Position numbers and translations under genes: made by a program. From positions 14,679-78,678 of the forward strand of contig CAZWFL010000009.1 of the NCBI GenBank assembly GCA_964633195.1: a stretch of DNA of 64,000 nt, written 5' to 3'. This document shows, in pieces, positions 9,748-18,701 of the stretch. Origin of the DNA: an uncultured Rikenellaceae bacterium. Its GTDB lineage: Bacteria; Bacteroidota; Bacteroidia; Bacteroidales; VadinHA17. Under the pieces are notes generated by a model that worked only from the letters and a program-made list of their open reading frames with translations, made no database searches and was not told where the DNA came from. Numbering within the stretch: the stretch's first letter is position 1; each line of letters begins with the position of its first letter.

Positions 9748-9870
9748 ATTCAAGTCGTGGTTATTAATAAGGTCACAATTTAATAAAAAGTACAACCTTA
9801 AATCATTCATGGGGAAAATATCATCTATGAAAAATTTAACTACTTTTATTTCATTCAAAATACCATTATT

Positions 9871-10950
9871 ATGAAGATCAGAATTATTGCGCTTGTTATT
9901 ATTTGCTTTGGCCTGACCTGCTGCAGGAACAGATACTATACAGAAGCTGACTATCCTTCGGTTCGCAAAATAGATTCCCATGTCCATATAAGGAGCGACA
10001 AGGGTACCTTTGAGGAACTGGCGAAGGAGGATAATTTTGTGCTTATTAGCCTGGGTGTCGACCACGGAGACTCAGCAGATATTGCTGAACAGCATCATTT
10101 TGCGCGGCTTTCGGCAGAGAAATATCCTGGTACAGTTTTTCAAGGACCTACTTTTTTGTTCGACACGGCCGGATGGGGTAGTGAAGACTGGAGCAAGAAA
10201 GTAATCAGCAGCCTGAGCACTGATTTATCACATCCAGGTGTAATAACCGTTAAGATCTGGAAAAATATAGGAATGACGGTGCGCGACAGAACAGGAAGGT
10301 TCATTATGGTTGACGATCCGGGTCTCGAACCGGTGATAAACTTTATAAAGAGCAAAAATCTCCCGATAACCGGGCATCTTGGCGAACCCCGCAACTGCTG
10401 GCTTCCTCTTGATGAAATGACAGTCAGGGGCGACAGCAGCTATTTTGCACGTAATCCGCAGTATCACATGTATCTCCATCCTGAATACCCATCTTATGAG
10501 GATCAGATCAATGCCAGGGACAATATGCTGGCAAAAAATCCCGACCTGACATTTATCGGATGCCACCTGGGCAGCCTCGAATGGAATGTCGATTCACTTG
10601 CAAAACGTCTCGACAGGTTCCCCAATATGGCGGTTGATATGTCGGCGAGGATATCTCATCTGCAATACCAGACAGTTGAGGACAGGGAAAGAGTCAGGGA
10701 CTTCTGCATAAAATACCAGGACAGGTTATTATATGGTACCGATGTGGGTGAGAGCGGGACATCCAATCCGGAGGGATTCAGGACCAGGATGCACAAGACA
10801 TGGACAGATGACTGGAAATATTTTGTGACTGATGAGGAGATGACATCGGGCAGTTTTCAGGGTACTTTCAGGGGGCTGAAGCTGCCAAAGGAGGTTGTGG
10901 ATAAAATATACAGTAAAAATGCGATTAAGTGGTATAAGTTAAGTATATGA
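9871..10950 (+). CDS. Lipoprotein amidohydrolase-family (amidohydrolase_2) protein
   Basis: 359 aa. Signal plus Cys MKIRIIALVIICFGLTCC. KIDSHVHI metal motif. C-terminal SKNAIKWYKL. Confidence 0.55.
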   Translation: MKIRIIALVIICFGLTCCRNRYYTEADYPSVRKIDSHVHIRSDKGTFEELAKEDNFVLISLGVDHGDSADIAEQHHFARLSAEKYPGTVFQGPTFLFDTAGWGSEDWSKKVISSLSTDLSHPGVITVKIWKNIGMTVRDRTGRFIMVDDPGLEPVINFIKSKNLPITGHLGEPRNCWLPLDEMTVRGDSSYFARNPQYHMYLHPEYPSYEDQINARDNMLAKNPDLTFIGCHLGSLEWNVDSLAKRLDRFPNMAVDMSARISHLQYQTVEDRERVRDFCIKYQDRLLYGTDVGESGTSNPEGFRTRMHKTWTDDWKYFVTDEEMTSGSFQGTFRGLKLPKEVVDKIYSKNAIKWYKLSI

Positions 10951-10962
10951 AACATGACCCCC

Positions 10963-11025
10963 GTCCCGCTTCACAACTACGCCAAGGCTTCGTTGTGTAA
11001 AAGCGGGACACCCCCTGGAAGGGGG
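10963..11025. repeat. Intergenic nested hairpins (GTCCCGC...GCGGGAC, then C5-N5-G5)
   Basis: gtcccgcttcacaac (10963-10977) pairs with gttgtgtaaaagcgggac (10992-11009). It is followed by ccccctggaaggggg (11011-11025). Confidence 0.7.
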
Positions 11026-11049
11026 TTATTATACTGAAAAAAAGTAACT

Positions 11050-12255
11050 ATGGATTCTGGTTTTGATAATCTGAGAACATTCTTTGAGAAGATTAAGTCG
11101 CTGGGCTTCTGGCGGAGGATTTTTGGCTGGAGACAGATAAGAACTCTCAGCTATGATGCTTATGATGAGTTTTCAGATCTGCTTGAGAACATTAAGGACC
11201 TGAATGAAACGATAATCCGGAAAGAGGCCGGGATAAGGGAAATGGGAAAGAACAGTGAGATTACCATTGCAAGGATCTCTGATCTTGTTTCCGCTTCTCA
11301 GAAGCTTGAAAATAAGGTGAGTATACTTGAGAATGAAATATCACGGCTGAACAGGGAAAAGGCAGAGCTCTCAAACAGAATAGCCAGGTTTGAGCAGGCA
11401 GAACAGGGCAGGAGCGAGGAGTTCCAGAAGAATGTATCGGGGGTGAACGCCATACGTGCAAGTCTCGAGAACGAAAGGAACAGGCTTAATGAGGATAGGA
11501 TAAGGGAGAAAGAGGAGGAATTTGAGAGGATAAAACAAACATGGCGGAATCACGAGGAGGCTGTTAAATCAGTCATTCGAAACATCTGCAAAGCACACCT
11601 GATAGAATACGTGGAAAATGTTCCGTTCAAGGGTAATCCTGATAATACTGTAATGATAGCCGGCGAATATGTGATATTTGATGCAAAGAGCCCTGCCGGC
11701 GACGATCTTGAAAATTTCCCGAAATACCTTAAAATCCAGACTGAATCGGTAAGAAAATACATCAAACAGGATAATGTCAAGAAGGATATTTTCCTGGTTG
11801 TGCCGGCAAATACTCTTGATGTTATTACCCAGTATTCCCACAATATGGGAGATTATTATGTTTATATCATTACGACTGATTCGCTTGAGCCGATAATATT
11901 ATCTCTCAAGAAGATAGAGCAGTATGAGTTTGCCGAGCAACTTACACCGGATGAGCGCGAAAATATCTGCCGTATCATCGGAAAGTTCTCGCACACAGCA
12001 AAGAGGAAGATACAGATAGACTACTTTTTCTCGTATCAGTTTCTTGACATTCTGGCAAAATGCGGAGTTGACCTCCCTCCTGATATTTATAAATCGGTGC
12101 AGGAGTTTGAGAAAGCTGAAAAGCTTAATCCCCCCCAGGAAAAAAGGGCAAAGCAGATACTGATGGAGGATCTTCTGGCCGAAAGCGAAAGGCTTTCCAA
12201 TGAAGCCCGCACCAGGTTAAAGGAAGACGCTGAGGGTAATGAAAGTGACGAATAA
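11050..12255 (+). CDS. Coiled-coil protein with RmuC-like PD-(D/E)xK nuclease core
   Basis: 401 aa. Residues ~40-170 are heptad-rich and charged (coiled coil). GNPDNTVMIAGEYVIFDAKSP fits the RmuC PD...(I/V)xDAK pattern. DIFLVVPAN and YIITTDSLEPIILSL parallel later RmuC blocks. Confidence 0.45.
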   Translation: MDSGFDNLRTFFEKIKSLGFWRRIFGWRQIRTLSYDAYDEFSDLLENIKDLNETIIRKEAGIREMGKNSEITIARISDLVSASQKLENKVSILENEISRLNREKAELSNRIARFEQAEQGRSEEFQKNVSGVNAIRASLENERNRLNEDRIREKEEEFERIKQTWRNHEEAVKSVIRNICKAHLIEYVENVPFKGNPDNTVMIAGEYVIFDAKSPAGDDLENFPKYLKIQTESVRKYIKQDNVKKDIFLVVPANTLDVITQYSHNMGDYYVYIITTDSLEPIILSLKKIEQYEFAEQLTPDERENICRIIGKFSHTAKRKIQIDYFFSYQFLDILAKCGVDLPPDIYKSVQEFEKAEKLNPPQEKRAKQILMEDLLAESERLSNEARTRLKEDAEGNESDE

Positions 12256-12270
12256 AGAGACGCAGCTTTA

Positions 12271-13743
12271 TCAGGCTTCTAAATATACATTGTTCTTTAC
12301 CAAAGCATCTCTGAGAGCGCTGTATGGCAGATCGCGGGTGTGGCATTTTTTTGCGGAGCATAACGCTGCTGCTGTTCCTGCGGCCTCACCCTGCCCCATA
12401 CAGCAGACTGTATTCCTTGTCGACATATGTGCCTGAAAATCTGATGTTATAAGCATACCTGCCGCGAGGAGGTTGTCAATTCCTTTCACCCTCAATGCTT
12501 TATAGGGAACTCCGTAGGTGCCTCCGTTTTTGATCTGGTATCTTGGTGCCGAATCATGGAATCCGTATACCATTATATCATCATCGAAATGTCTTGCTTC
12601 AATAACATCGGCGAGTGTGATATCATAATCGCAGGTTATAGTTCGTCCTCTCCTTATATTTAACGTCGGACTGGTACGGGCAATAAAAGCATTCTCGCAA
12701 CCCGGCAGATGTTTTCTGAACAGCTCAAGCGTTTTAAACTGGTTGCGTCTGATAATCAGCTCAGCTTTTGTAACCTCATCCCTGTTGGTCGGACTAACAG
12801 GCATCCTGTAGTTTACTTTAATGAACATGAGATAGTTATCATGAACGGTTGTGGTAATAAGTCCTGACCCGAGCTTTACAATACCGTCAACGAATTCATC
12901 GGGGAGCTTGTTCCTTATCACATAACCACTTTCACTTCCTATTCTTATGATCTGGTCTTCTTTGCCGCTTCTGTGCCCAAATGCAAGATCTCCCACCGCA
13001 TTCTGCCTTGTGAGGTAAGTAAACAGCTTTTCAATATTGACGTTGCCTAATCCCATGCTGTTGCAGACGGCATGGTCGTTCAGTTCTGTATATTCCGCAC
13101 CGGCGTATGCAGAGAGATCTCCGTAGGCAGTAGAGTCTATAAAACAACGGGCTTTGAAATACTCCCTGCCGGCTCTGCTCTGAGTAATTACCCCTTCTAT
13201 TGTCCTGCCTTTTTTGAACGCACCTGCCACAAGAGTATTGGAGAAAATACTAACTCCCGAATCGGCAAGCATTTCAAAAACAACCAGTTTATATAATTCA
13301 GTATCAATAGCGGTGCAGACTGAGTCGTAATCATATCTTGTCACCATCTCACCATGGCCGGTTGTGCCTCCGACAAGCAACAGACGATCAATTAATTCCT
13401 GGGCAATCCCTTTTACGACCTGGCGTTTCTCCACACCGGGGAATGCCCTCCAGAGATTGAAATAGCTGTGCAGGGCAGTCCCCCCTTCAACCACGGTGCC
13501 TCCGGGGTATCCCTTAGCCTCGATCAAGGCAGTTTTTGCACCTAGCCTTGCAGAAGCTATTGCTGCCACAGCTCCGGCGGTCCCTCCTCCGGCTACCACA
13601 ACATCGAAATCCCTGGCGGGTAATCTTTTTATGTCCTCAGCGGATATATCGTTACCACCTGTGATTGATGCCAGTTTCATATCCATGACAGGTAACGCCA
13701 GCCCTGACAGAAGAACATTTCTGGAAAACACTCTGCGATTCAT
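12271..13743 (-). CDS. Tat-signal FAD-dependent oxidoreductase (FAD_oxidored type common in PULs)
   Basis: 490 aa. N-terminus MNRRVFSRNVLLSGLALPV. Dinucleotide fold DVVVAGGGTAGAVAAIASARLGAKTALIE. Confidence 0.7.
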   Translation of the reverse strand: MNRRVFSRNVLLSGLALPVMDMKLASITGGNDISAEDIKRLPARDFDVVVAGGGTAGAVAAIASARLGAKTALIEAKGYPGGTVVEGGTALHSYFNLWRAFPGVEKRQVVKGIAQELIDRLLLVGGTTGHGEMVTRYDYDSVCTAIDTELYKLVVFEMLADSGVSIFSNTLVAGAFKKGRTIEGVITQSRAGREYFKARCFIDSTAYGDLSAYAGAEYTELNDHAVCNSMGLGNVNIEKLFTYLTRQNAVGDLAFGHRSGKEDQIIRIGSESGYVIRNKLPDEFVDGIVKLGSGLITTTVHDNYLMFIKVNYRMPVSPTNRDEVTKAELIIRRNQFKTLELFRKHLPGCENAFIARTSPTLNIRRGRTITCDYDITLADVIEARHFDDDIMVYGFHDSAPRYQIKNGGTYGVPYKALRVKGIDNLLAAGMLITSDFQAHMSTRNTVCCMGQGEAAGTAAALCSAKKCHTRDLPYSALRDALVKNNVYLEA

Positions 13744-13905
13744 ATTATCTTGGCTTTAATTTATAATCTATATTATATAAGATCAGGCAATAAGGCCTGA
13801 CAAAGCATTTACCTGTCAGTGATTAATAATTGTTAAGGTAGCAAAGATTTATCTTATTTCAAAAAGCAGTATATTTAAGATCTAATCTTTCAGATAACTG
13901 AATTC

Positions 13906-14655
13906 ATGGAGAACAGGCGTAATTTTCTAAAGAAAGCGGCATTCAGCGCGGTGGCTATATCAGGTATCCCTCAAATAATTGCAGCCTCGATGCCTGCAGG
14001 AAAAATAAGGAAAATAAAACTTGAAAAAGATAATATCATCCTTTTCCAGGGCGATTCAATAACCGATGCAGGAAGAAACAGGGAGGATAAGGGATTTAAT
14101 AATCCCCGGGCTCTCGGCACGGGATATGCACTGCTTGCAGCAGCCGCTCTTTTGGAGAAGTATGCACCACTTAATCTTAAGATATATAATAAGGGTATAT
14201 CAGGCAATAAGGTCTTCGAACTTGCTGCAAGATGGGAGCAGGATTGCCTGGATATTAAGCCGGATGTCCTCAGCATACTTATAGGAGTGAATGACTTCTG
14301 GCATAAGCTCGACGGCAATTATGACGGAACAGTTGAAACATACAGGAAAGACTTTTTTACTCTTATGGAGCGGACAAGGAAGGCCCTGCCCGATGTTAAA
14401 GTAATAATTGGAGAACCCTTTGCTGTTCCGGGGGTTAAGGCAGTGGATGAGAAATGGTACCCTGAGTTTTATGAGTTTCAGCGTGCCGCAAGAGAAATAG
14501 CTGACTCCTTCGGAGCTATTTTCATACCATACCAGCGAATCTATGATGAGGCGCAGAAACGTGCTCCCGGTGTTTACTGGACCGGTGACGGTGTCCATGC
14601 CTCGCTTGCCGGAGCCCAGCTGATGGCAAAAGCGTGGTTGTCATTTATTAAATGA
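13906..14655 (+). CDS. Tat-signal SGNH/GDSL hydrolase (esterase)
   Basis: 249 aa. MENRRNFLKKAAFSAVA. Block I FQGDSITDAGR, block III IGVNDFW and block V GDGVHAS. Confidence 0.8.
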   Translation: MENRRNFLKKAAFSAVAISGIPQIIAASMPAGKIRKIKLEKDNIILFQGDSITDAGRNREDKGFNNPRALGTGYALLAAAALLEKYAPLNLKIYNKGISGNKVFELAARWEQDCLDIKPDVLSILIGVNDFWHKLDGNYDGTVETYRKDFFTLMERTRKALPDVKVIIGEPFAVPGVKAVDEKWYPEFYEFQRAAREIADSFGAIFIPYQRIYDEAQKRAPGVYWTGDGVHASLAGAQLMAKAWLSFIK

Positions 14656-14671
14656 GAAACAACGAATATTT

Positions 14672-14938
14672 CTAGCCGAATTTGTAGTGTTTCCTGACAG
14701 CTTTGTTTATTTTCCACCGGCATTTGAGTCCTGAAGGGAAAACCACAAGATCTCCCTTTCCAAACGTGACAGGAGATCCGTTATCAGGCGTTACAACCAC
14801 ATCACCTTCAAGGATATAGCAGGTCTCGGCTTCGTCATATTCCCACGGGAACTCTGAGGCCTCTTTCTCCCAGACAGGCCATGATCTGACATTGAGCTTC
14901 TGAAGCTTCTCTTCGGTTGGTTTCTCTACGTGTATCAT
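14672..14938 (-). CDS. Small cupin (cupin_3 / EutQ-like) protein
   Basis: 88 aa. WPVWEKEASEFPWEYDEAETCYILEGDVVV...GDLVVFPSGLKCRWKI matches the single-domain cupin pattern. Confidence 0.65.
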   Translation of the reverse strand: MIHVEKPTEEKLQKLNVRSWPVWEKEASEFPWEYDEAETCYILEGDVVVTPDNGSPVTFGKGDLVVFPSGLKCRWKINKAVRKHYKFG

Positions 14939-14976
14939 AATTTGAAGAATTACTTTAGTGCGAATTTAATATTTAT

Positions 14977-15027
14977 TGCGGATTGCGGATTTTGTTGAGC
15001 AAAGCGAGAAAATCCCGCAGAGCGGGA
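14977..15027. repeat. TGCGGAT x2, TGAGCAAAGCGA module and CCCGC-aga-GCGGG hairpin
   Basis: tgcggat at 14977-14983 and 14984-14990. tgagcaaagcgagaaaatc at 14996-15014 shares 12 identical nt with 36158-36175. Hairpin tcccgcagagcggga at 15013-15027. Confidence 0.75.
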
Positions 15028-15207
15028 GAGGAGTTTGATACGTTTCATTTCTTGCCGGTTTCCATTTTTAAAATATGGAGATTATCGTTCACTCAATGAC
15101 TTTTTATATTAACTTTATATTGTACTCACCCCGGGAATGATGCAAACCTTCACCATAGATTGGCAGGATAAATTATTCAACAGACAACCAATATAAAAAC
15201 AGGATAA

Positions 15208-16779
15208 ATGAAAACCCTGAGAATTAGCAATTTATTTGTGATAGCTATGGTTCTGTCAGCAGCTATTACTGCCTGTAAAACCAGACAGGCCGGACAGGAA
15301 GAAATAACATTTACTGCCTCATTTGAACCTGAGCTAAAATCGTTTGAGCAGTACAGGTATCCCGATTGGTTCCGTGATGCCAAATTCGGTATATGGGCAC
15401 ACTGGGGGCCGCAGGCTGTACCCCGGCAGGGCGACTGGTACGCCCGGAAGATGTATGAATCAGATATCGTCAACAGAAGAACCAACGAACCTACCGGAAA
15501 ATCCAGCAGGGAATACCTCTACCACCTGGAACAGTATGGACATCCTTCTGAGTTCGGGTATAAGGATATAATCCCTCTCTGGAAAGCTGAACGATGGGAT
15601 CCGGACAAGTTGATGGCACTTTACAAAAGGGTTGGAGCAAAATATTTTGTGAGTATGGCAACCCATCACGATAATTTCTTCCTCTGGGACTCAAAGATAC
15701 ACAGGTGGAATTCGGTGGACATGGGACCCATGAAAGATGTTGTCGGACTCTGGCAGCAGGCTGCAAAAAAGGAGGGTCTCCGTTTTGGGGTATCAGAACA
15801 TCTTGGTGCAAGCTATACCTGGTTTCAGCCAAGTCATGGGGCGGATAAAACCGGACCGATGAAGGGTGTTCCATACGATGGTGCCAATCCTGAGTATCAG
15901 GACCTTTATCACAGGAAAACAGCACCTGACGACTTCCAATGGCTGACAAAAGATTCTGCAAACCAGCAGAACTGGCTGGTAAGCATAACAGAACTCATTG
16001 ATATGTACCAGCCCGACCTTCTCTATTCCGACGGTGAACTGCCTTTTGGTGAAGTGGGAAGAACCATGCTGGCTCATTATTATAACCAGGATATATTGAA
16101 GAACGGAGGAAAGCTTGAAGCAGTATATACATGCAAGCACCTTATTTCGGAAGGCAGATGGGTAAGGGATATCGAACGGGGTGCCATGGATTCGATCAGC
16201 GTCGATCCCTGGCAGACTGATACCTCGATAGGGGACTGGTACTACCGGACCGGACAAAAATATATGACGGGGACCGAAGTTATTCAGATGCTCGTGGATA
16301 TTGTAAGTAAAAATGGCAACCTTCTGCTTAATGTTGTGCAGACACCAGAGGGTGACCTTGAGCCGGATGTCCTTGAAATCCTTGAAGAGATTGCAGAATG
16401 GATACCTGTAAACGGTGAGGGTATTTATGGTACGCGCCCATGGAAAGTGTTTGGTGAAGGGCCCTCGATGCAAAAACAGGAAAAAGGTACATTCGGAGGT
16501 GTCAGGGATGTAAGGCCGTACGAGCAGGGAGATATCAGGTTTACGGCAAAGGGAGAAACGCTTTATGCCTTTTGCATGGTTTCACCGGCTGAGGATATAA
16601 GAATATTTTCGCTTGGAAAGAATTCCGAACTATCCGCCAAAAAAGTGAAATCTGTTACGGCGCTGGGAAGCGATGGTAAACCTTCATGGAAACAGGAAGA
16701 GGATGCCCTTGTGATAGTCAAACCTTCTGAGATTCCCTCATGGGAAGTTGTCGGATTCAAAATTGAATTCAGGAATTAG
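15208..16779 (+). CDS. Alpha-L-fucosidase (GH29), lipoprotein
   Basis: 523 aa. Signal plus Cys (AAITAC). GH29-typical N-terminal YPDWFRDAKFGIWAHWGPQAVP and ATHHDNFFLWDS. C-terminal beta-sandwich. Confidence 0.85.
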   Translation: MKTLRISNLFVIAMVLSAAITACKTRQAGQEEITFTASFEPELKSFEQYRYPDWFRDAKFGIWAHWGPQAVPRQGDWYARKMYESDIVNRRTNEPTGKSSREYLYHLEQYGHPSEFGYKDIIPLWKAERWDPDKLMALYKRVGAKYFVSMATHHDNFFLWDSKIHRWNSVDMGPMKDVVGLWQQAAKKEGLRFGVSEHLGASYTWFQPSHGADKTGPMKGVPYDGANPEYQDLYHRKTAPDDFQWLTKDSANQQNWLVSITELIDMYQPDLLYSDGELPFGEVGRTMLAHYYNQDILKNGGKLEAVYTCKHLISEGRWVRDIERGAMDSISVDPWQTDTSIGDWYYRTGQKYMTGTEVIQMLVDIVSKNGNLLLNVVQTPEGDLEPDVLEILEEIAEWIPVNGEGIYGTRPWKVFGEGPSMQKQEKGTFGGVRDVRPYEQGDIRFTAKGETLYAFCMVSPAEDIRIFSLGKNSELSAKKVKSVTALGSDGKPSWKQEEDALVIVKPSEIPSWEVVGFKIEFRN

Positions 16780-16858
16780 TGTTCTGATTCATATTCAAAT
16801 ATTTTTCATTTCAATTCGAAAAAATATTACATAAATTGCAGGGAGATTCTTTTGATCT

Positions 16859-18280
16859 ATGGTAACTTTTATCATCTCGATACTGATCCTGATTCTTGGT
16901 TATCTGTTCTATTCGAAGTTTGTTGAGAAGATTGCGGGGGCTGATCCTGGAAGAGAGACCCCGGCTGTCAGGCTAAGAGACGGAGTGGATTATGTACCAA
17001 TGCCGTGGTGGAGGATCTTTCTGATTCAGTTCCTGAACATTGCCGGTCTGGGTCCTATCTTCGGGGCCATTGCCGGGGCTATGTGGGGTCCGGTAGCCTT
17101 TCTGTGGATTGTTCTGGGATCGGTTTTTGCGGGTGCGGTTCACGATTATTTCTCGGGGATGCTGTCGGTCAGGCATAATGGATTAAGCATCACAGAGATA
17201 GTGGGTATTTATCTTGGCCGGGGAACAAAACAGTTCATGCGGGGATTCACGGTAATTCTTATGGTTCTGGTGGGAGCGGTTTTTATAATGGGACCGGCAG
17301 GTATTCTTGCAGGGCTTACTCCCGATTATGCCACGATGACTTTCTGGGTATGGATTGTTTTATTCTATTATATACTTGCAACGATGCTGCCCATTGACAA
17401 GATCATAGGAAGAATATACCCGCTCTTTGGCTTTGCTCTCCTCTTCATGGCTGTCGGACTTATTTCCGCCCTTTTTGTAAAAGGATATCATATCCCTGAG
17501 CTGACTCCTGAAAACTTCAGGAATTTTCATGTTAATGCCGATAGGTTCCCTGTATTCCCTATGATGTTCATTACGATTGCATGTGGAGCAATTTCGGGAT
17601 TCCATTCAACCCAGTCACCTCTTATGGCCCGCTGCCTCACAAACGAGAGGCTGGGACGGCGTGTATTCTACGGGGCCATGATATCTGAAGGTATTGTTGC
17701 GATGATATGGGCAGCAATAGGCATGAGCTTTTACGGAGGCATACGGGAGCTCAATGATATTATGACTGCACAGGGGGGTAATGCTGCGGTTATAGTAAAC
17801 GAGATTTCCAACTCACTGCTGGGAAAATTCGGTGGTTTCCTGGCTTTGCTTGGAGTTGTGGCAGCACCAATTACATCGGGCGATACTGCTTTCCGGAGTG
17901 CCAGACTGATAGTTGCTGATTTCCTGAATTATAAACAGGGACCGGTAAAAAACAGGCTGTTCGTAAGTATCCCGTTGTTTGCCATAGGATTTTTGATTAC
18001 AAGGATAGATTTCAGCATAATATGGAGATACTTTGCATGGTCAAACCAGACACTTGCAACTGTTGTACTCTGGTCAATAACCGTGTTCCTTGTTCAGGAA
18101 CGTAAATTCTACTGGATCACTCTAATCCCTGCTGTTTTTATGACCGCAGTAACGAGCACGTATCTCCTTTTTGCACCTGAAGGCTTTGCACTTCCCGGCT
18201 CAATTGCATATCCTGCCGGGATTATCATTTCGCTGGCGTTAATGGCGGGGTTTTTTATTTATTTGAGGAGAACGAATTGA
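16859..18280 (+). CDS. cstA: Carbon starvation protein A family transporter
   Basis: 473 aa, polytopic. N-terminal LGYLFYSKFVEKI, DGVDYVPMPWW and NIAGLGPIFGAIAGAMWGP...GAVHDYFSGMLSVRHNGLSI match the CstA signature region. Confidence 0.8.
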   Translation: MVTFIISILILILGYLFYSKFVEKIAGADPGRETPAVRLRDGVDYVPMPWWRIFLIQFLNIAGLGPIFGAIAGAMWGPVAFLWIVLGSVFAGAVHDYFSGMLSVRHNGLSITEIVGIYLGRGTKQFMRGFTVILMVLVGAVFIMGPAGILAGLTPDYATMTFWVWIVLFYYILATMLPIDKIIGRIYPLFGFALLFMAVGLISALFVKGYHIPELTPENFRNFHVNADRFPVFPMMFITIACGAISGFHSTQSPLMARCLTNERLGRRVFYGAMISEGIVAMIWAAIGMSFYGGIRELNDIMTAQGGNAAVIVNEISNSLLGKFGGFLALLGVVAAPITSGDTAFRSARLIVADFLNYKQGPVKNRLFVSIPLFAIGFLITRIDFSIIWRYFAWSNQTLATVVLWSITVFLVQERKFYWITLIPAVFMTAVTSTYLLFAPEGFALPGSIAYPAGIIISLALMAGFFIYLRRTN

Positions 18281-18287
18281 AGAATGA

Positions 18288-18490
18288 CAGTGAGGCTGTA
18301 TCAAAAGCCTCTTAATAGCCCCCTACCCCCTGCCTTGCTTCGCCGTAGCGGCTACGCGAAGGCGAAGAAGGGGGTCATCAAACATCAGATAATGAGTAAG
18401 TCCCCTTTAGGGCCTGCCTGCCGTAGCGTCAGCGCAGGCAGGGATTTAGGGGCGACTTAAAGGAATCGGGCTTTTGATACAGCCTCACTG
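18288..18490. repeat. 203-bp palindromic intergenic element with perfect 22-bp terminal inverted repeats (MITE-like)
   Basis: cagtgaggctgtatcaaaagcc (18288-18309) is the exact reverse complement of ggcttttgatacagcctcactg (18469-18490). The interior holds GTAGC-loop hairpins (gcttcgccgtagcggctacgcgaaggcgaag; cctgcctgccgtagcgtcagcgcaggcaggg). Confidence 0.85.
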
Positions 18491-18701
18491 AAGAAATTGT
18501 GATTTATAAATCAAAAGATCTATTTTCCCTTGTAAATATTGATTATTGTTTATATTTTTATTCACAATCTTTGATTACCCTGCAGACTAACCTAAACCGT
18601 TCTGCCTATGAATATTTCCCATTAATTAAATCGAAACAGTAATTAACACATTTACTGTAATTTATCATTTTCGTTTTTAATTTAATTAACCTAACTAAAG
18701 T

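Noticed and set aside
9748-10065. The N-terminal 106 codons of the tracked 449-aa ORF 8716-10065 (minus strand).
   Set aside because: The extension is low-complexity, has no dehydrogenase homology and overlaps the divergent amidohydrolase gene. The canonical MDR start MKALVLEE has an ATG at 9747.
15491-16473. Antisense ORFs of 156 aa and 226 aa within the fucosidase gene.
   Set aside because: The sense strand encodes an uninterrupted GH29 with clear family motifs. The antisense translations show no recognisable domains.
18281-18701. Search for a tRNA, riboswitch or small gene in the 420-bp spacer upstream of susC. The spacers 27424-27799 and 55250-55626 were searched the same way.
   Set aside because: I could not draw a tRNA cloverleaf or recognise a known riboswitch core by eye. 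The structured part is explained by the palindromic element, and the rest is AT-rich promoter-like DNA. Infernal or tRNAscan would be needed to exclude these possibilities.
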